The translations under genes and the position numbers were made by a program. 64,000 nt of DNA from Phage NC-G. Within the stretch, counting starts at the first letter, position 1. Every line of letters starts with the position of its first letter. Below the pieces are notes generated by a model. The model was not told where the DNA came from, searched no databases, and saw only the letters and a list, made by a program, of their open reading frames with translations. This document shows positions 33,200 through 42,299 of the stretch, piece by piece. Location: sequence record MK310184; one strand, written 5' to 3'.

Positions 33200-35322
33200 T
33201 ACATTTTGAATTTATTTGATAAAGAAGAGATGTCCAAAGATGCAGCAAGGATTTCCATAGCCTCATTACTTTCTGAAACAGATTCTGAAACTAGGAATTC
33301 TTTAAACCCATTCATCAATTTAACTTCACCGGTTTCCATCAGATGGTCGCCATCGTAAACGGATTCGCTGAGTTCTGAAGGAGATGTCACTGTAGCTTCC
33401 ATAAGGTATTTGTGAGATACTCTATCATTCATAGCAAAAGCCGCTACTTTATCAACCTTCAACAATAACCCGCGCGGAAGGATAATTTCCGCTTCTTCGG
33501 CATATTCTGTAAGGTCGCCAGGAGCGATAACTTTAACTGCTTCAGCACCTCGAATAACCATACCAATTTCAGCAATCCTGTCTGCAGGGCCTTCAGGTGC
33601 AATTGGATTACCAAACTCGTCTTCTTCCCATTCTACCTCTTCGTCATCGACTTCACCTACGTCAGATGAACTACCACTGGCTAATTTAAACAACTCATCA
33701 GCGGAGGATAAAGAACCTTCATCACCAACAAAAACTGCTTGGTTGTCGAGGGCCATATAATTTTTACCAAATTCGCCAAAGATATTAGGCTTTAATGAAG
33801 CGGACACAAAGTTCTTAAAGTAAAATGTTTTGTTATCAATATTATGGCGCAGAATTTTGTATGGTAAATCCTGACCACGATACAAAATAGTACCCTTAGG
33901 AAGTTTAATACCCTTGGTAAATGCTGAGTCTAAATCCTTAATCAATTTAATAGCTGTTGTATTGTTTTCGGATTCAGGTTTACCTAAAAGGAATAAGTTC
34001 ATAGGAGCATATTCAGCCGCACAATATTCAATAATGGCATTACTTTCGTCTTTGGTCAAGCCCTTAGGTTTAATGAGCTCGCCTGAATAAGCATATGCAT
34101 CGCTAATAGAATCGTTAATCAGTTTATAAACGGCTTCCATAGCGAAAGCAATTCGGGATGCTTTCTCTGAAGGAGACCCCTGAAAACGGGCACTCAGGTT
34201 ATTAACAATTCTCTTAATAATATCCAGACTATTGGTAGTATTGATTTGAGAAAGGCCACTTAAAAGTCTATCGACTTCCGTATTAAAAAATGCCATATTA
34301 TTAGAGTAAATTTCAAACCCTTGTTTATCTCTATTAGCATAATTTAGTTTAAATTTACTATCAGTCATTAAAGCGTGCGTGAGAGCAATGGTGTATCTAA
34401 AGTTGGCAAGGTCCTCACTCTTAGATTTAAACTGAGAGGCCTGACGCATTTTAGTAATAGCACCTTTTTTAAAGTTCTGACTAATCTGCTCAATACCTTC
34501 GTTCTCAGGGCCTTCGGCCGAGTGAACAGGGACAGAAGCTTCAAACTCGTTATAAACCTGCAATTCTTTAGGTGATAAAGTTTCAGGTTCGGCAGTAGAA
34601 TACTGTGCTGCTGCAGCCATACGACGGGAAATCTTAGTACGAGAAATAACAGCCTTATCGGTACGTTTCTCTTCAACCTGTGCAATAGATGCCGCTACGG
34701 CTTCTACTTTACTTACGGCCTGGCCGGTTTTCTTAGAAACATAAACTTCACCGACTTTAGACTCAACCTTGGTATAAAGGTCTGCATCAATTTCAGGCAT
34801 ACCCTTGATATCTTCGATATTAGAACCACGACGTACTAAAAGGACGTAGGTATGTTTACCACTAAACTGGAACATATCATCGACAACTTTAAACTTACCA
34901 CCGGTACGTGCCATCGCCAAACGAGCTAATACACGCTGAACAGTAGGGCCCTTACCTTTCATTTTCTTGGTAGGGAAACGGAACAAAACCGCATCCATTT
35001 TAAGTTTGTTTACTTGTTCGTATACAGTATCGAAAATAGTATTCAGTGTACCAAGTGGGTCAGAACCAAGCCCGCCTTTGAGTTCGGCTGGAGCACCCTT
35101 GCTAGACAAACTCATTAAAATAACATGAACGTATTTGTCGCCAGGCTTAACCATTTTAATAGCGTCTCCTTGAGACGCATAAGATACCATACGAGCAACC
35201 AGGTTATCATTACCTGGCGCTTGGATAGAGAAAATCTGTGGGATACCTGAGCCTGGCTTAAGATTTGTTACTGGATAGTTTTTAGCTGAATCACTATCAA
35301 AAACTTCGTTTAAATTTTCCAT
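33199..35322 (-). CDS. Alt-like ADP-ribosyltransferase paralog (707 aa)
   Basis: Collinear with adjacent alt: shared N-terminal packaging region (LVARMVSYAS.GDAIK, FRFPTKKMKG.GP), catalytic-domain blocks YRGQ, FYFKNFVSASL, EIILPRGL, YDGDHLMETGE. Confidence 0.88.
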   Translation of the reverse strand: MENLNEVFDSDSAKNYPVTNLKPGSGIPQIFSIQAPGNDNLVARMVSYASQGDAIKMVKPGDKYVHVILMSLSSKGAPAELKGGLGSDPLGTLNTIFDTVYEQVNKLKMDAVLFRFPTKKMKGKGPTVQRVLARLAMARTGGKFKVVDDMFQFSGKHTYVLLVRRGSNIEDIKGMPEIDADLYTKVESKVGEVYVSKKTGQAVSKVEAVAASIAQVEEKRTDKAVISRTKISRRMAAAAQYSTAEPETLSPKELQVYNEFEASVPVHSAEGPENEGIEQISQNFKKGAITKMRQASQFKSKSEDLANFRYTIALTHALMTDSKFKLNYANRDKQGFEIYSNNMAFFNTEVDRLLSGLSQINTTNSLDIIKRIVNNLSARFQGSPSEKASRIAFAMEAVYKLINDSISDAYAYSGELIKPKGLTKDESNAIIEYCAAEYAPMNLFLLGKPESENNTTAIKLIKDLDSAFTKGIKLPKGTILYRGQDLPYKILRHNIDNKTFYFKNFVSASLKPNIFGEFGKNYMALDNQAVFVGDEGSLSSADELFKLASGSSSDVGEVDDEEVEWEEDEFGNPIAPEGPADRIAEIGMVIRGAEAVKVIAPGDLTEYAEEAEIILPRGLLLKVDKVAAFAMNDRVSHKYLMEATVTSPSELSESVYDGDHLMETGEVKLMNGFKEFLVSESVSESNEAMEILAASLDISSLSNKFKM

Positions 35323-35325
35323 TAT

Positions 35326-37410
35326 TTACCCTTGGATGAATTTTTCTGGGATGTCATAGAGGTCTATGCATGAAGCCAAAAGAGGCAGTACGTCAAACCG
35401 TGTAGATTTAACAAATGAATCAAAAGATACAGGGCTTTCGGAAGTATCGAAGTCATCTTGGTATACAACCAATTCACCAGTTTCCATTAGTACGTCGCCA
35501 TCATACACTACAGATTCTTGAAGCTCATCTGTCGTCATAACTTCGGCTTGAACGAGTTTTGTATTATTAGATGTTGTTCCGTCATTATTAGAGGCGTCAG
35601 TTATTTTATTAACTTTGACCATCAATCCGCGTGGTAGAATAACTTCAGCTTCGGTTGCTATTCCGAGACTTCCTGGATATACAACATTAACTTTATGGGC
35701 TCCATCAATTGCCCATCCTATTTGAACTTTAACGTAATCAGGGTTTTCTTTATACGCTCTTATTTCATTAGGATTAATGGTTATTCCTTCTTCATTTTTA
35801 TCGACTGTCAATTCATTGCGAACTTCCGGTTCTAAAAGACCTACACCCGCGTGTGTAACACCAAAACGTCCAAAAATGATAGGAGTCAGTGAAGTAGATA
35901 CAAAATTTCTGAAATAGAACACTTTATTTTTAACTAGCGCTTCGTATATAGGAGCAGTCATACTTTGAGCACGATAAACTGTAATGCCTTCTGGTATACG
36001 GTCACCATTTTCAAAAGCGGAATCAAGATTATTAACAGCAGATTCAATAGACCTTTCACTCATCACATCATAGTTCTGAGGATTGTAACGCCCTAAAAGA
36101 AGATTATTGATGTCGGTATATCCTGAGCCACAATATTCTCTAATGCCACGCTTTTGTGATGGGGTGTATTTAGAACCATCGCGAGCAATAGTAATATCGA
36201 CCATAATACCACCACCTACGCCAGCAAAACTATACACGCGTTTTTTAATGAACTTGGTCTTGGCTGCTTTCCACTTGGACTCGGTTAATTCATTCCAGAC
36301 GTCGTCAGGTTGACCTTTACGAGTTTTGTTATGTATAGCCAACCATTCACCTTTGTATTCTTCGAAAACCGTATTAATAACAGAGGCATATTTTTCTAGA
36401 GCTTTAACAGATGTCAAAGGTTCGTTTTTGATGGCTGTAAGAATTTTCTCTTTAATTTTCTCTTGAATTTCACCTATGCCGTGAAGTGGAAACATTTTAT
36501 ATTCGTAATGCAACTCTTCAGCAGTGCCTTCAGCTACTATATTAGCAACTTTATTTTTAGCCGCAGGAGAATTGTTATTGGTGACCATTTCCTGGGCCTC
36601 AGGGATTAACGGAGCTGTTGCAGGTTTATTAAAATCTGCTGCAGTAGCTTCATATTTCTTAAACAGTTCACTTTCATTACGATAAGATTCTAAAGATTGA
36701 CTGGCTGCAATAGCTCGACGAGAAATCTTAGTCTTGGTTACAACCATTTTATCAGTGCGACGTTCTTCGACTTTAGCAATACTGCCGGCAATAGCAGTTT
36801 CTTTAGTAACCTGCATGCCTTCTTTTTTAGAAATATAAACTTCGCCAACATCAGAATCTACCTTAGTATACAAATCAGCATTAATTCCTGGCATACCTTT
36901 GATATCTTCAATATCAGCTTGTTTACGAACTACTAGGATATAAGTATGTTTACCAGTAAATTGGTACATAGCCGGAACTACTTTGAAGCGGCCGCCTGTT
37001 TTTTGAGTTACCAAACGTTGGATGATTCTCTGGACGATAGGTCCTTGCCCTTTCATTTTCTTGGTTGGAAAACGGAACATGATAGCATCCATACGAAGCT
37101 TTTTAACTTGTTCGAATACTACGTCGAAAATGGTATTAATAGCATCAATAGGAGTAGGGCCTAAGCCGCCTTTAAGTTCGGCTGGAGAACCTTTAGCTGA
37201 AAGGCTCATAAGGATAACGTGGGCGTATTTATCACCTAATTTAACCTGTTTAATAGCATCGCCTTCAGAGGCATAAGATACCATACGAGCAACTAATTGG
37301 GATTCGGCGTCGCCAATCTTCCAAATCTGCGGTACTTTAAGTTTTGGGTTTAAGTTTACAGTAGGCAGGGTGCCTTCGGACTCAAACACCTCATTCAATT
37401 GTTCGGTCAT
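35326..37410 (-). CDS. alt: Alt ADP-ribosyltransferase (capsid-packaged, modifies host RNA polymerase), 694 aa
   Basis: Closest to remembered T4 Alt: ...KYTPSQKRGIREY.GSGY.DINN.LLG, VYRAQSM, VFYFRNFVSTSL, EVILPRGLMVKVNKITDAS, C-terminal ASCIDL...KF.QG. Confidence 0.93.
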   Translation of the reverse strand: MTEQLNEVFESEGTLPTVNLNPKLKVPQIWKIGDAESQLVARMVSYASEGDAIKQVKLGDKYAHVILMSLSAKGSPAELKGGLGPTPIDAINTIFDVVFEQVKKLRMDAIMFRFPTKKMKGQGPIVQRIIQRLVTQKTGGRFKVVPAMYQFTGKHTYILVVRKQADIEDIKGMPGINADLYTKVDSDVGEVYISKKEGMQVTKETAIAGSIAKVEERRTDKMVVTKTKISRRAIAASQSLESYRNESELFKKYEATAADFNKPATAPLIPEAQEMVTNNNSPAAKNKVANIVAEGTAEELHYEYKMFPLHGIGEIQEKIKEKILTAIKNEPLTSVKALEKYASVINTVFEEYKGEWLAIHNKTRKGQPDDVWNELTESKWKAAKTKFIKKRVYSFAGVGGGIMVDITIARDGSKYTPSQKRGIREYCGSGYTDINNLLLGRYNPQNYDVMSERSIESAVNNLDSAFENGDRIPEGITVYRAQSMTAPIYEALVKNKVFYFRNFVSTSLTPIIFGRFGVTHAGVGLLEPEVRNELTVDKNEEGITINPNEIRAYKENPDYVKVQIGWAIDGAHKVNVVYPGSLGIATEAEVILPRGLMVKVNKITDASNNDGTTSNNTKLVQAEVMTTDELQESVVYDGDVLMETGELVVYQDDFDTSESPVSFDSFVKSTRFDVLPLLASCIDLYDIPEKFIQG

Positions 37411-37460
37411 AATAATTCCTCTTTAATAACCGTATTTATGCCATAAAAGGCCCGAAGGCC

Positions 37461-37634
37461 TTAAAGTGGTAGCAACGTACGATATACTTCGAATGTCGGG
37501 CCTTTTTCATAGCCATCAAACATGTCTTTAAAATCGGCAAAAGCTATTTCATCCTCAAACTCTAGGATGATTTGAGAGGCCGCAGTGGTATTTGTGTTTG
37601 TTACAACAATTGTTTCTAAATAAGCTTTCATATT
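37461..37634 (-). CDS. Small hypothetical protein (57 aa) between DNA ligase and alt
   Basis: ATGA-coupled to ligase stop; acidic small protein; followed by hairpin AGGCCCGAAGGCCT. Confidence 0.45.
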   Translation of the reverse strand, partial: NMKAYLETIVVTNTNTTAASQIILEFEDEIAFADFKDMFDGYEKGPTFEVYRTLLPL

Positions 37635-39156
37635 ATAGTCCAGTTTGAGACCAATCACCAAATACATCTTCAAATGTATCAGCTTCAGTTTTATCGAAAC
37701 GCCAACCTTTAATAATTGGAAGGAAAATACCTACAGTATCAGTACGTCCTTTAGAATGAACCCAACCATTACATTCACAGTCAGCAATACGTCCAATCAA
37801 CTTACCTTCACGAGCTTGTTTCATAAGAAGTTCACGGTCTAAATCAGGGCGGTCTTCTAATGGAATCAATACCTTTTTACCTGATTTATCTTTCTTATGG
37901 GTAGTATCTTTAAAGCCTGAACCACAGTCGGATGTAATTCGACGACACCGCGATACTAGCTCGACACCACCAAGTTTGTTAGGGTCCTTAGAGTGTTCAT
38001 AGTAACCTACTACTTCTAAAGCGATATCGATTACTTCTTTGAACTTGATAAGATTCTTAGAACGGCGGTTTTCCCAGTAGGAGTCCATGTTCTTAAGGAT
38101 AATACCTTCCAGACCTTGGTCGACATATTTCTTATAAACGACTTTAGCTTCGTCAAGATTATTAACCCATTGGTTTTCGATAGCTTCAACACGCGTTGTA
38201 CCATGCAATACGACATTATGGGCAACCATAAGTTCTAAGGCTGCAAAGCGTACATCATACTTATCGCCTTTAATTTTACCTTCGGAATATACGACATCCA
38301 ATGGGACATAATCCCACGCCTGCAATACCATACCTGCTGCTTCGGTTGGAGTAATAGTTCCTTGAAGAGCCTTGTTAGCCAACCCGTTTGAAGTAGAACG
38401 ATCGGCTACGGTTTGGAATTCCTTGGCTTTACTTAATTCAGGAAGTTCCTCATCAAACATACTAAACAAATCATTAGACGCTTTAGGTTCTACTTTAGGA
38501 GTGTGGTAAACTAATTCACCATCAATCATAACACCATTAGGATGGCGCTGTCGGGCTTCTTCGGTCATGGCCATTAATTCAGCCGCCAAAAGAGTAAGCC
38601 CTTGATATTCATTACCACCACGAGTAAGGAATGTTACGCCATCGTTACGAACTTCAGCAAAACAACGAGCACCGTCAGCTTTTAATTGGGCGAACGCAGG
38701 CCATTTGATATTTTTCTTAATCAAATCTTCATCATAAGAACTAGCTAACATTTGAGGTTGTTCAGGGATTAAACCTTTCCAAACCTTGTTAGCAATAGAA
38801 ATCGATGCACCACATTCAAGGTCACGCATCATTACGCGACGTAATACCTCAGCGTCAGGACCCTTGGCATCAGCAATAATTTGGGCAAGCTCTTCAATAG
38901 CGGCATTACCCGTAATCTTACGGGTGGCTAATGTGAACTCAGCGAAATCAAGAAGGTCTTCAAGTGTAACCATACCAAAGGATTGAGACGTAAATCCAGG
39001 TTCTGGCCACTTTTTAATACCATAGTTCAAACGACGGGTATAAGCCATACGATATACACGTTTCAGAAGCTCGTTATCCTTTTCACGAGCAATAATAGCT
39101 TCTTTAGCTTTAGTAGAACCAATAGAAGCAATTTCGTTTAAAATATCTAAAATCAT
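37633..39156 (-). CDS. 30: ATP-dependent DNA ligase gp30
   Basis: N-terminus MILDILNEIASIGSTKAK and motif I KADGAR (lysine adenylation site), GIILK, C-terminal ECNGW match T4 DNA ligase. Confidence 0.96.
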   Translation of the reverse strand: MILDILNEIASIGSTKAKEAIIAREKDNELLKRVYRMAYTRRLNYGIKKWPEPGFTSQSFGMVTLEDLLDFAEFTLATRKITGNAAIEELAQIIADAKGPDAEVLRRVMMRDLECGASISIANKVWKGLIPEQPQMLASSYDEDLIKKNIKWPAFAQLKADGARCFAEVRNDGVTFLTRGGNEYQGLTLLAAELMAMTEEARQRHPNGVMIDGELVYHTPKVEPKASNDLFSMFDEELPELSKAKEFQTVADRSTSNGLANKALQGTITPTEAAGMVLQAWDYVPLDVVYSEGKIKGDKYDVRFAALELMVAHNVVLHGTTRVEAIENQWVNNLDEAKVVYKKYVDQGLEGIILKNMDSYWENRRSKNLIKFKEVIDIALEVVGYYEHSKDPNKLGGVELVSRCRRITSDCGSGFKDTTHKKDKSGKKVLIPLEDRPDLDRELLMKQAREGKLIGRIADCECNGWVHSKGRTDTVGIFLPIIKGWRFDKTEADTFEDVFGDWSQTGL

Positions 39157-39416
39157 TTTACCGTCCTTACAGTTTGTGTACTTCTATTATAAGCTACTTC
39201 ATCTAAAAGCTCATTTAAAGTTTTGTGATACGATATAATACGCTTATCTTTAATATCATATTCAGTAACATACATAAATCCACGCCGAACACATTGGATA
39301 AAGATATCTTCATCTTTGGCTTGGAAATATACAGGATTCAATCGAAGGAATTGTCTAAAGTTTCCATAATCATGGGATTTAGGGATTCCATCAGTAATAG
39401 TATGAACAACAAACAT
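39153..39416 (-). CDS. Hypothetical protein (30.1 position)
   Basis: ORF immediately upstream of ligase; start set at internal ATG next to 30.2 stop. Confidence 0.5.
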   Translation of the reverse strand: MFVVHTITDGIPKSHDYGNFRQFLRLNPVYFQAKDEDIFIQCVRRGFMYVTEYDIKDKRIISYHKTLNELLDEVAYNRSTQTVRTVK

Positions 39417-39417
39417 A

Positions 39418-40056
39418 TTAACCTCGTGCAATCCATTCAACGGCTGCATTATTACGAAGGGATTCGATTGCTGCGATATCGTCCCATGAATTAACCTTTA
39501 CGGCTAAATTAGGTTTAAAGTCGCGTTCACCACGGGCTAACCAATAAACTTGGATATCCATGAGAATATTAGATGCTGCATCACAGTGATGAGCCAAATC
39601 ATCAACATAAAACTTAATGCGTTTGCCGTATGTATTTTTAGCTCTTATGAACAGGTCTTCTTTTGATTCTGAATGACCACACATCAGAATCTCCTTGAAT
39701 GCGCCAGGGAACAAAGCATTCAAATTGAATTGTCTATTCAGCAGGGCATCAATTGAGTCGCCTAGCGCAGTCACGGCTACAAAATCGAAGTCTTTTTTGA
39801 GCTTGTTGATGTGTTTTAATGCGTCCATGTAAGGGGACAGATAACGAATAAAATCCGACTGATTATATTTCTCAATTAAACGTGCGCCTAATTCGTCGTC
39901 ACAATTAAACAGTTCACCTGGAGATAAGAAACGTTCGTCCTGAATCATATTCAAAATATGTTCTAAAGGCAAATTATATTTCTGTGCGAAATAAGGCAAG
40001 CCGGACTGCCAACTTAAACATACTCCATCGATATCTGTTAAGATAACTGGTTTCAT
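39418..40056 (-). CDS. HAD-superfamily phosphatase-like protein (30.2 position)
   Basis: N-terminal DIDGV (HAD motif I, DxDG) and later D-rich motif; 212 aa. Confidence 0.65.
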   Translation of the reverse strand: MKPVILTDIDGVCLSWQSGLPYFAQKYNLPLEHILNMIQDERFLSPGELFNCDDELGARLIEKYNQSDFIRYLSPYMDALKHINKLKKDFDFVAVTALGDSIDALLNRQFNLNALFPGAFKEILMCGHSESKEDLFIRAKNTYGKRIKFYVDDLAHHCDAASNILMDIQVYWLARGERDFKPNLAVKVNSWDDIAAIESLRNNAAVEWIARG

Positions 40057-40520
40057 AATAAATCTCTCAATTTGTTTAGGATGTCGATAAACTCTTTTTC
40101 AGTTAGTATTGTATCACATTCTTTGAGGTGGCTTGCCATTGAATGCTTTAAAACCTTACCTTTAGTGGCTTGTAAAGCTTCTCGGAATCCTTTGTTCTGG
40201 AGCGCTGCTTCAAAATACGCGCTTTCGTAAAGCTCTTTCCACGCTTCGGAATATCTTGAAAACGGGGTTCCAAGCCAGAACAACGTGCCACGGTCCTGAG
40301 CTCTAGCATAAGCTCGTCCAGCTTTTTGCGCGTCCAACCCAGACATCCTAAATATACGTCTTTGTTGTTCAACATTTTTCACCTTACATCCTTGGAGGAA
40401 TCCTTCGAGTCCACCAAATTGGATACCATCCATAACGAAAGGCCATTTAGCAAAGTTACTTAATGCACATGATGGCCACGGAAAGTTACTTCTAATTTCT
40501 AACTCAGACATCTTTGACAC
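40053..40520 (-). CDS. 30.3: NADAR (DUF1768/YbiA-like) domain protein, 30.3 homolog
   Basis: Motifs LSNF...F..G..F...E.F.Q..K and later AKF-like helix (GFREAL) are consistent with the NADAR fold; assignment from motif memory, not a search. Confidence 0.6.
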   Translation of the reverse strand: MSKMSELEIRSNFPWPSCALSNFAKWPFVMDGIQFGGLEGFLQGCKVKNVEQQRRIFRMSGLDAQKAGRAYARAQDRGTLFWLGTPFSRYSEAWKELYESAYFEAALQNKGFREALQATKGKVLKHSMASHLKECDTILTEKEFIDILNKLRDLL

Positions 40521-40719
40521 TTATAATTTCAACATCAGCCCAATAACCATAACCCGGCAGTCGGTCTTCAATGGATAAACCACCGTCATGTTTAGGCATT
40601 TTAATTGTCATGATATAAGGTTCTAAATGGTCCGCCGTATGAGGAGAAACATCAGTCACACGATAAGTCACTTCAACCATTTCCGTACCTAACAATTTCT
40701 GAATCAGTTTCTTAACCAT
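40504..40719 (-). CDS. Hypothetical small protein
   Basis: 71-aa ORF in the 30.x small-gene array. Confidence 0.45.
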   Translation of the reverse strand: MVKKLIQKLLGTEMVEVTYRVTDVSPHTADHLEPYIMTIKMPKHDGGLSIEDRLPGYGYWADVEIISVKDV

Positions 40720-40720
40720 A

Positions 40721-40915
40721 TTATCCTCGCTTCAAACATTTGATTACAGACAATTCAGAACCCATGCGAACGTCTTCGGTGCCATCGACCCATAGGACCG
40801 TGTAGGCTTCTTTAATAGTAGCATTACCCAATTTAAAAGCAGGTAAAACCTTTGAAATCATACCAGGAATACCTACACCTTTTAACTGAACGGTTTGTGA
40901 TAAGAATAGTTGCAT
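40721..40915 (-). CDS. Hypothetical small protein
   Basis: 64-aa ORF, tightly packed in the 30.x array. Confidence 0.45.
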   Translation of the reverse strand: MQLFLSQTVQLKGVGIPGMISKVLPAFKLGNATIKEAYTVLWVDGTEDVRMGSELSVIKCLKRG

Positions 40916-41202
40916 TAGAACCTCATCTGGAATCCATGTGATTTAACATTACCGCCGTAGATGTCAGAAGTATTGACTTCGCGGGCGACACTTGGGTCGA
41001 TGTTAATATCGCGGTTGAGCTTAGTGATTGCTAGGGTGTCACGACCATTGACTGTACGGAATTCTACTGGACAAACCACATCAGCATAGGCCTTAATGGA
41101 TTCACGAGTAGGCTGTTTGTCAGCAGGAACATCTTTACCTGCCTTAGAGAAAACAACTTCACAGAAATTTTTACGAGTATCGAAATAAGTGGTCATAAAC
41201 AT
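40915..41202 (-). CDS. Hypothetical protein (95 aa from internal start)
   Basis: ORF-track first ATG lies inside a GGAGGC-CGAA-GCCTCC hairpin; start moved to ATG after GAGGAAAA SD. Confidence 0.45.
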   Translation of the reverse strand: MFMTTYFDTRKNFCEVVFSKAGKDVPADKQPTRESIKAYADVVCPVEFRTVNGRDTLAITKLNRDINIDPSVAREVNTSDIYGGNVKSHGFQMRF

Positions 41203-41244
41203 AATATTTTCCTCAAAGGAGGCCGAAGCCTCCATTTTTTAAGA

Positions 41245-41610
41245 TTAGATATCAAATTCATTCAGAACTACATCAAAGATTGCTTCCAGGTGTTCAGGTT
41301 TAGCACGGTTGCTCAGGATATGACGAATCCAGGTTTTAACCAGAAGCTTACGATTATCACCGTTCCAGCAAGGATGGGTACCTAAATCACGTTGACGGAA
41401 ATCATCGTCTAAAGCGATTTTAAAAGTAGAACCTTCCATAGTGATTGAAACCGTGATACCATTTTCAAAGCGCATATAAACGTAGTTAGGAGTCATGCAC
41501 TGTTCGATTTCGCACACTGTGCCGTTGTTGTGTTTCCACAGGCAAATAACTTCAGAAGAACCAGCGATACCGTTAGAAACATATTTACGTTCGAAGTTGA
41601 TGTAGTTCAT
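41245..41610 (-). CDS. Hypothetical protein (121 aa)
   Basis: ORF with conserved leader ccaaataatacgaaaacaaactggagaataaaATG shared with the next gene upstream. Confidence 0.5.
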   Translation of the reverse strand: MNYINFERKYVSNGIAGSSEVICLWKHNNGTVCEIEQCMTPNYVYMRFENGITVSITMEGSTFKIALDDDFRQRDLGTHPCWNGDNRKLLVKTWIRHILSNRAKPEHLEAIFDVVLNEFDI

Positions 41611-41683
41611 TTTATTCTCCAGTTTGTTTTCGTATTATTTGGTACAGGTCTATAATAACACAACCTGTACCAAAGTAAAACAT

Positions 41684-42016
41684 TTATTTCACAACATTCC
41701 AATTTTTCATATCAAGTTTACCAACTTTTTTCATCTGAGCAATCAGACGTTCAGCACGTGTACGGGCATTAACGTAATAGAATTCACCAATTTTGTTTTC
41801 TTCGATACGACCAGTAATTACAGTTTTCAGTTCATAAATCCAACCTGTAAAGAAGTTGTGAAGCTCGATGGTAAATGTGAAATCAGTACCCATACCTTCA
41901 GTTGTTTCAACTTCGATGATATCACCTTCAACTGCAGTCAGGACCCACATGGTTTCTTGATATTCACCGTTGAAACATTTAGCTTTAACAGATGCATTCA
42001 GGTTTACAGTTTTCAT
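41684..42016 (-). CDS. Hypothetical protein (110 aa)
   Basis: ORF with the same ~40-nt leader as gene 41245-41610 and an early-promoter cassette upstream. Confidence 0.5.
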   Translation of the reverse strand: MKTVNLNASVKAKCFNGEYQETMWVLTAVEGDIIEVETTEGMGTDFTFTIELHNFFTGWIYELKTVITGRIEENKIGEFYYVNARTRAERLIAQMKKVGKLDMKNWNVVK

Positions 42017-42068
42017 TTTATTCTCCAGTTTGTTTTCGTATTATTTGGTACATGTCTATAGTATCATG
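42017..42068 (-). promoter_or_regulatory. Early-promoter cassette variant (GTATAC -35, TACTAT -10)
   Basis: Minus strand GGTATAC-N17-TACTATAGACATGTACC plus conserved leader. Confidence 0.5.
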
Positions 42069-42115
42069 CCTACCGGAGATGTATACCCTTTTTTAAAGAT
42101 TTAGAAACAAAAATG

Positions 42116-42133
42116 GGACTCCGAAGAGTCCCA
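42116..42133 (-). terminator. Hairpin terminator (GGGACUC-UUCG-GAGUCCC) after small basic gene
   Basis: gggactccgaagagtccc palindrome immediately 3' of ORF 42138-42299 on the minus strand. Confidence 0.65.
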
Positions 42134-42137
42134 TAAC

Positions 42138-42299
42138 TTATGCAATAACTTTACCGAAGCAAGCAGCATCTGCACGCAATACTGCACGAGCACGAGCTTG
42201 AAGCTTATCAACTACCTGATTGATACGCTTGTTAGACGCACGCTTGTAACCAGCGCGTTTAGAGGTTCCGTCAACTACTTTAACTTCTTTCTTAGCCAT
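42138..42299 (-). CDS. Small basic protein (53 aa), possible nucleic-acid binding
   Basis: Hand-translated MAKKEVKVVDGTSKRAGYKRASNKRINQVVDKLQARARAVLRADAACFGKVIA; below ORF-track cutoff; K/R-rich. Confidence 0.45.
   Translation of the reverse strand: MAKKEVKVVDGTSKRAGYKRASNKRINQVVDKLQARARAVLRADAACFGKVIA

Noticed and set aside
37411-37460. Possible late promoter (ATAAATA on minus strand) upstream of alt
   Set aside because: The first position is C rather than T (CATAAATA), so it does not match the strict TATAAATA late consensus; not called.
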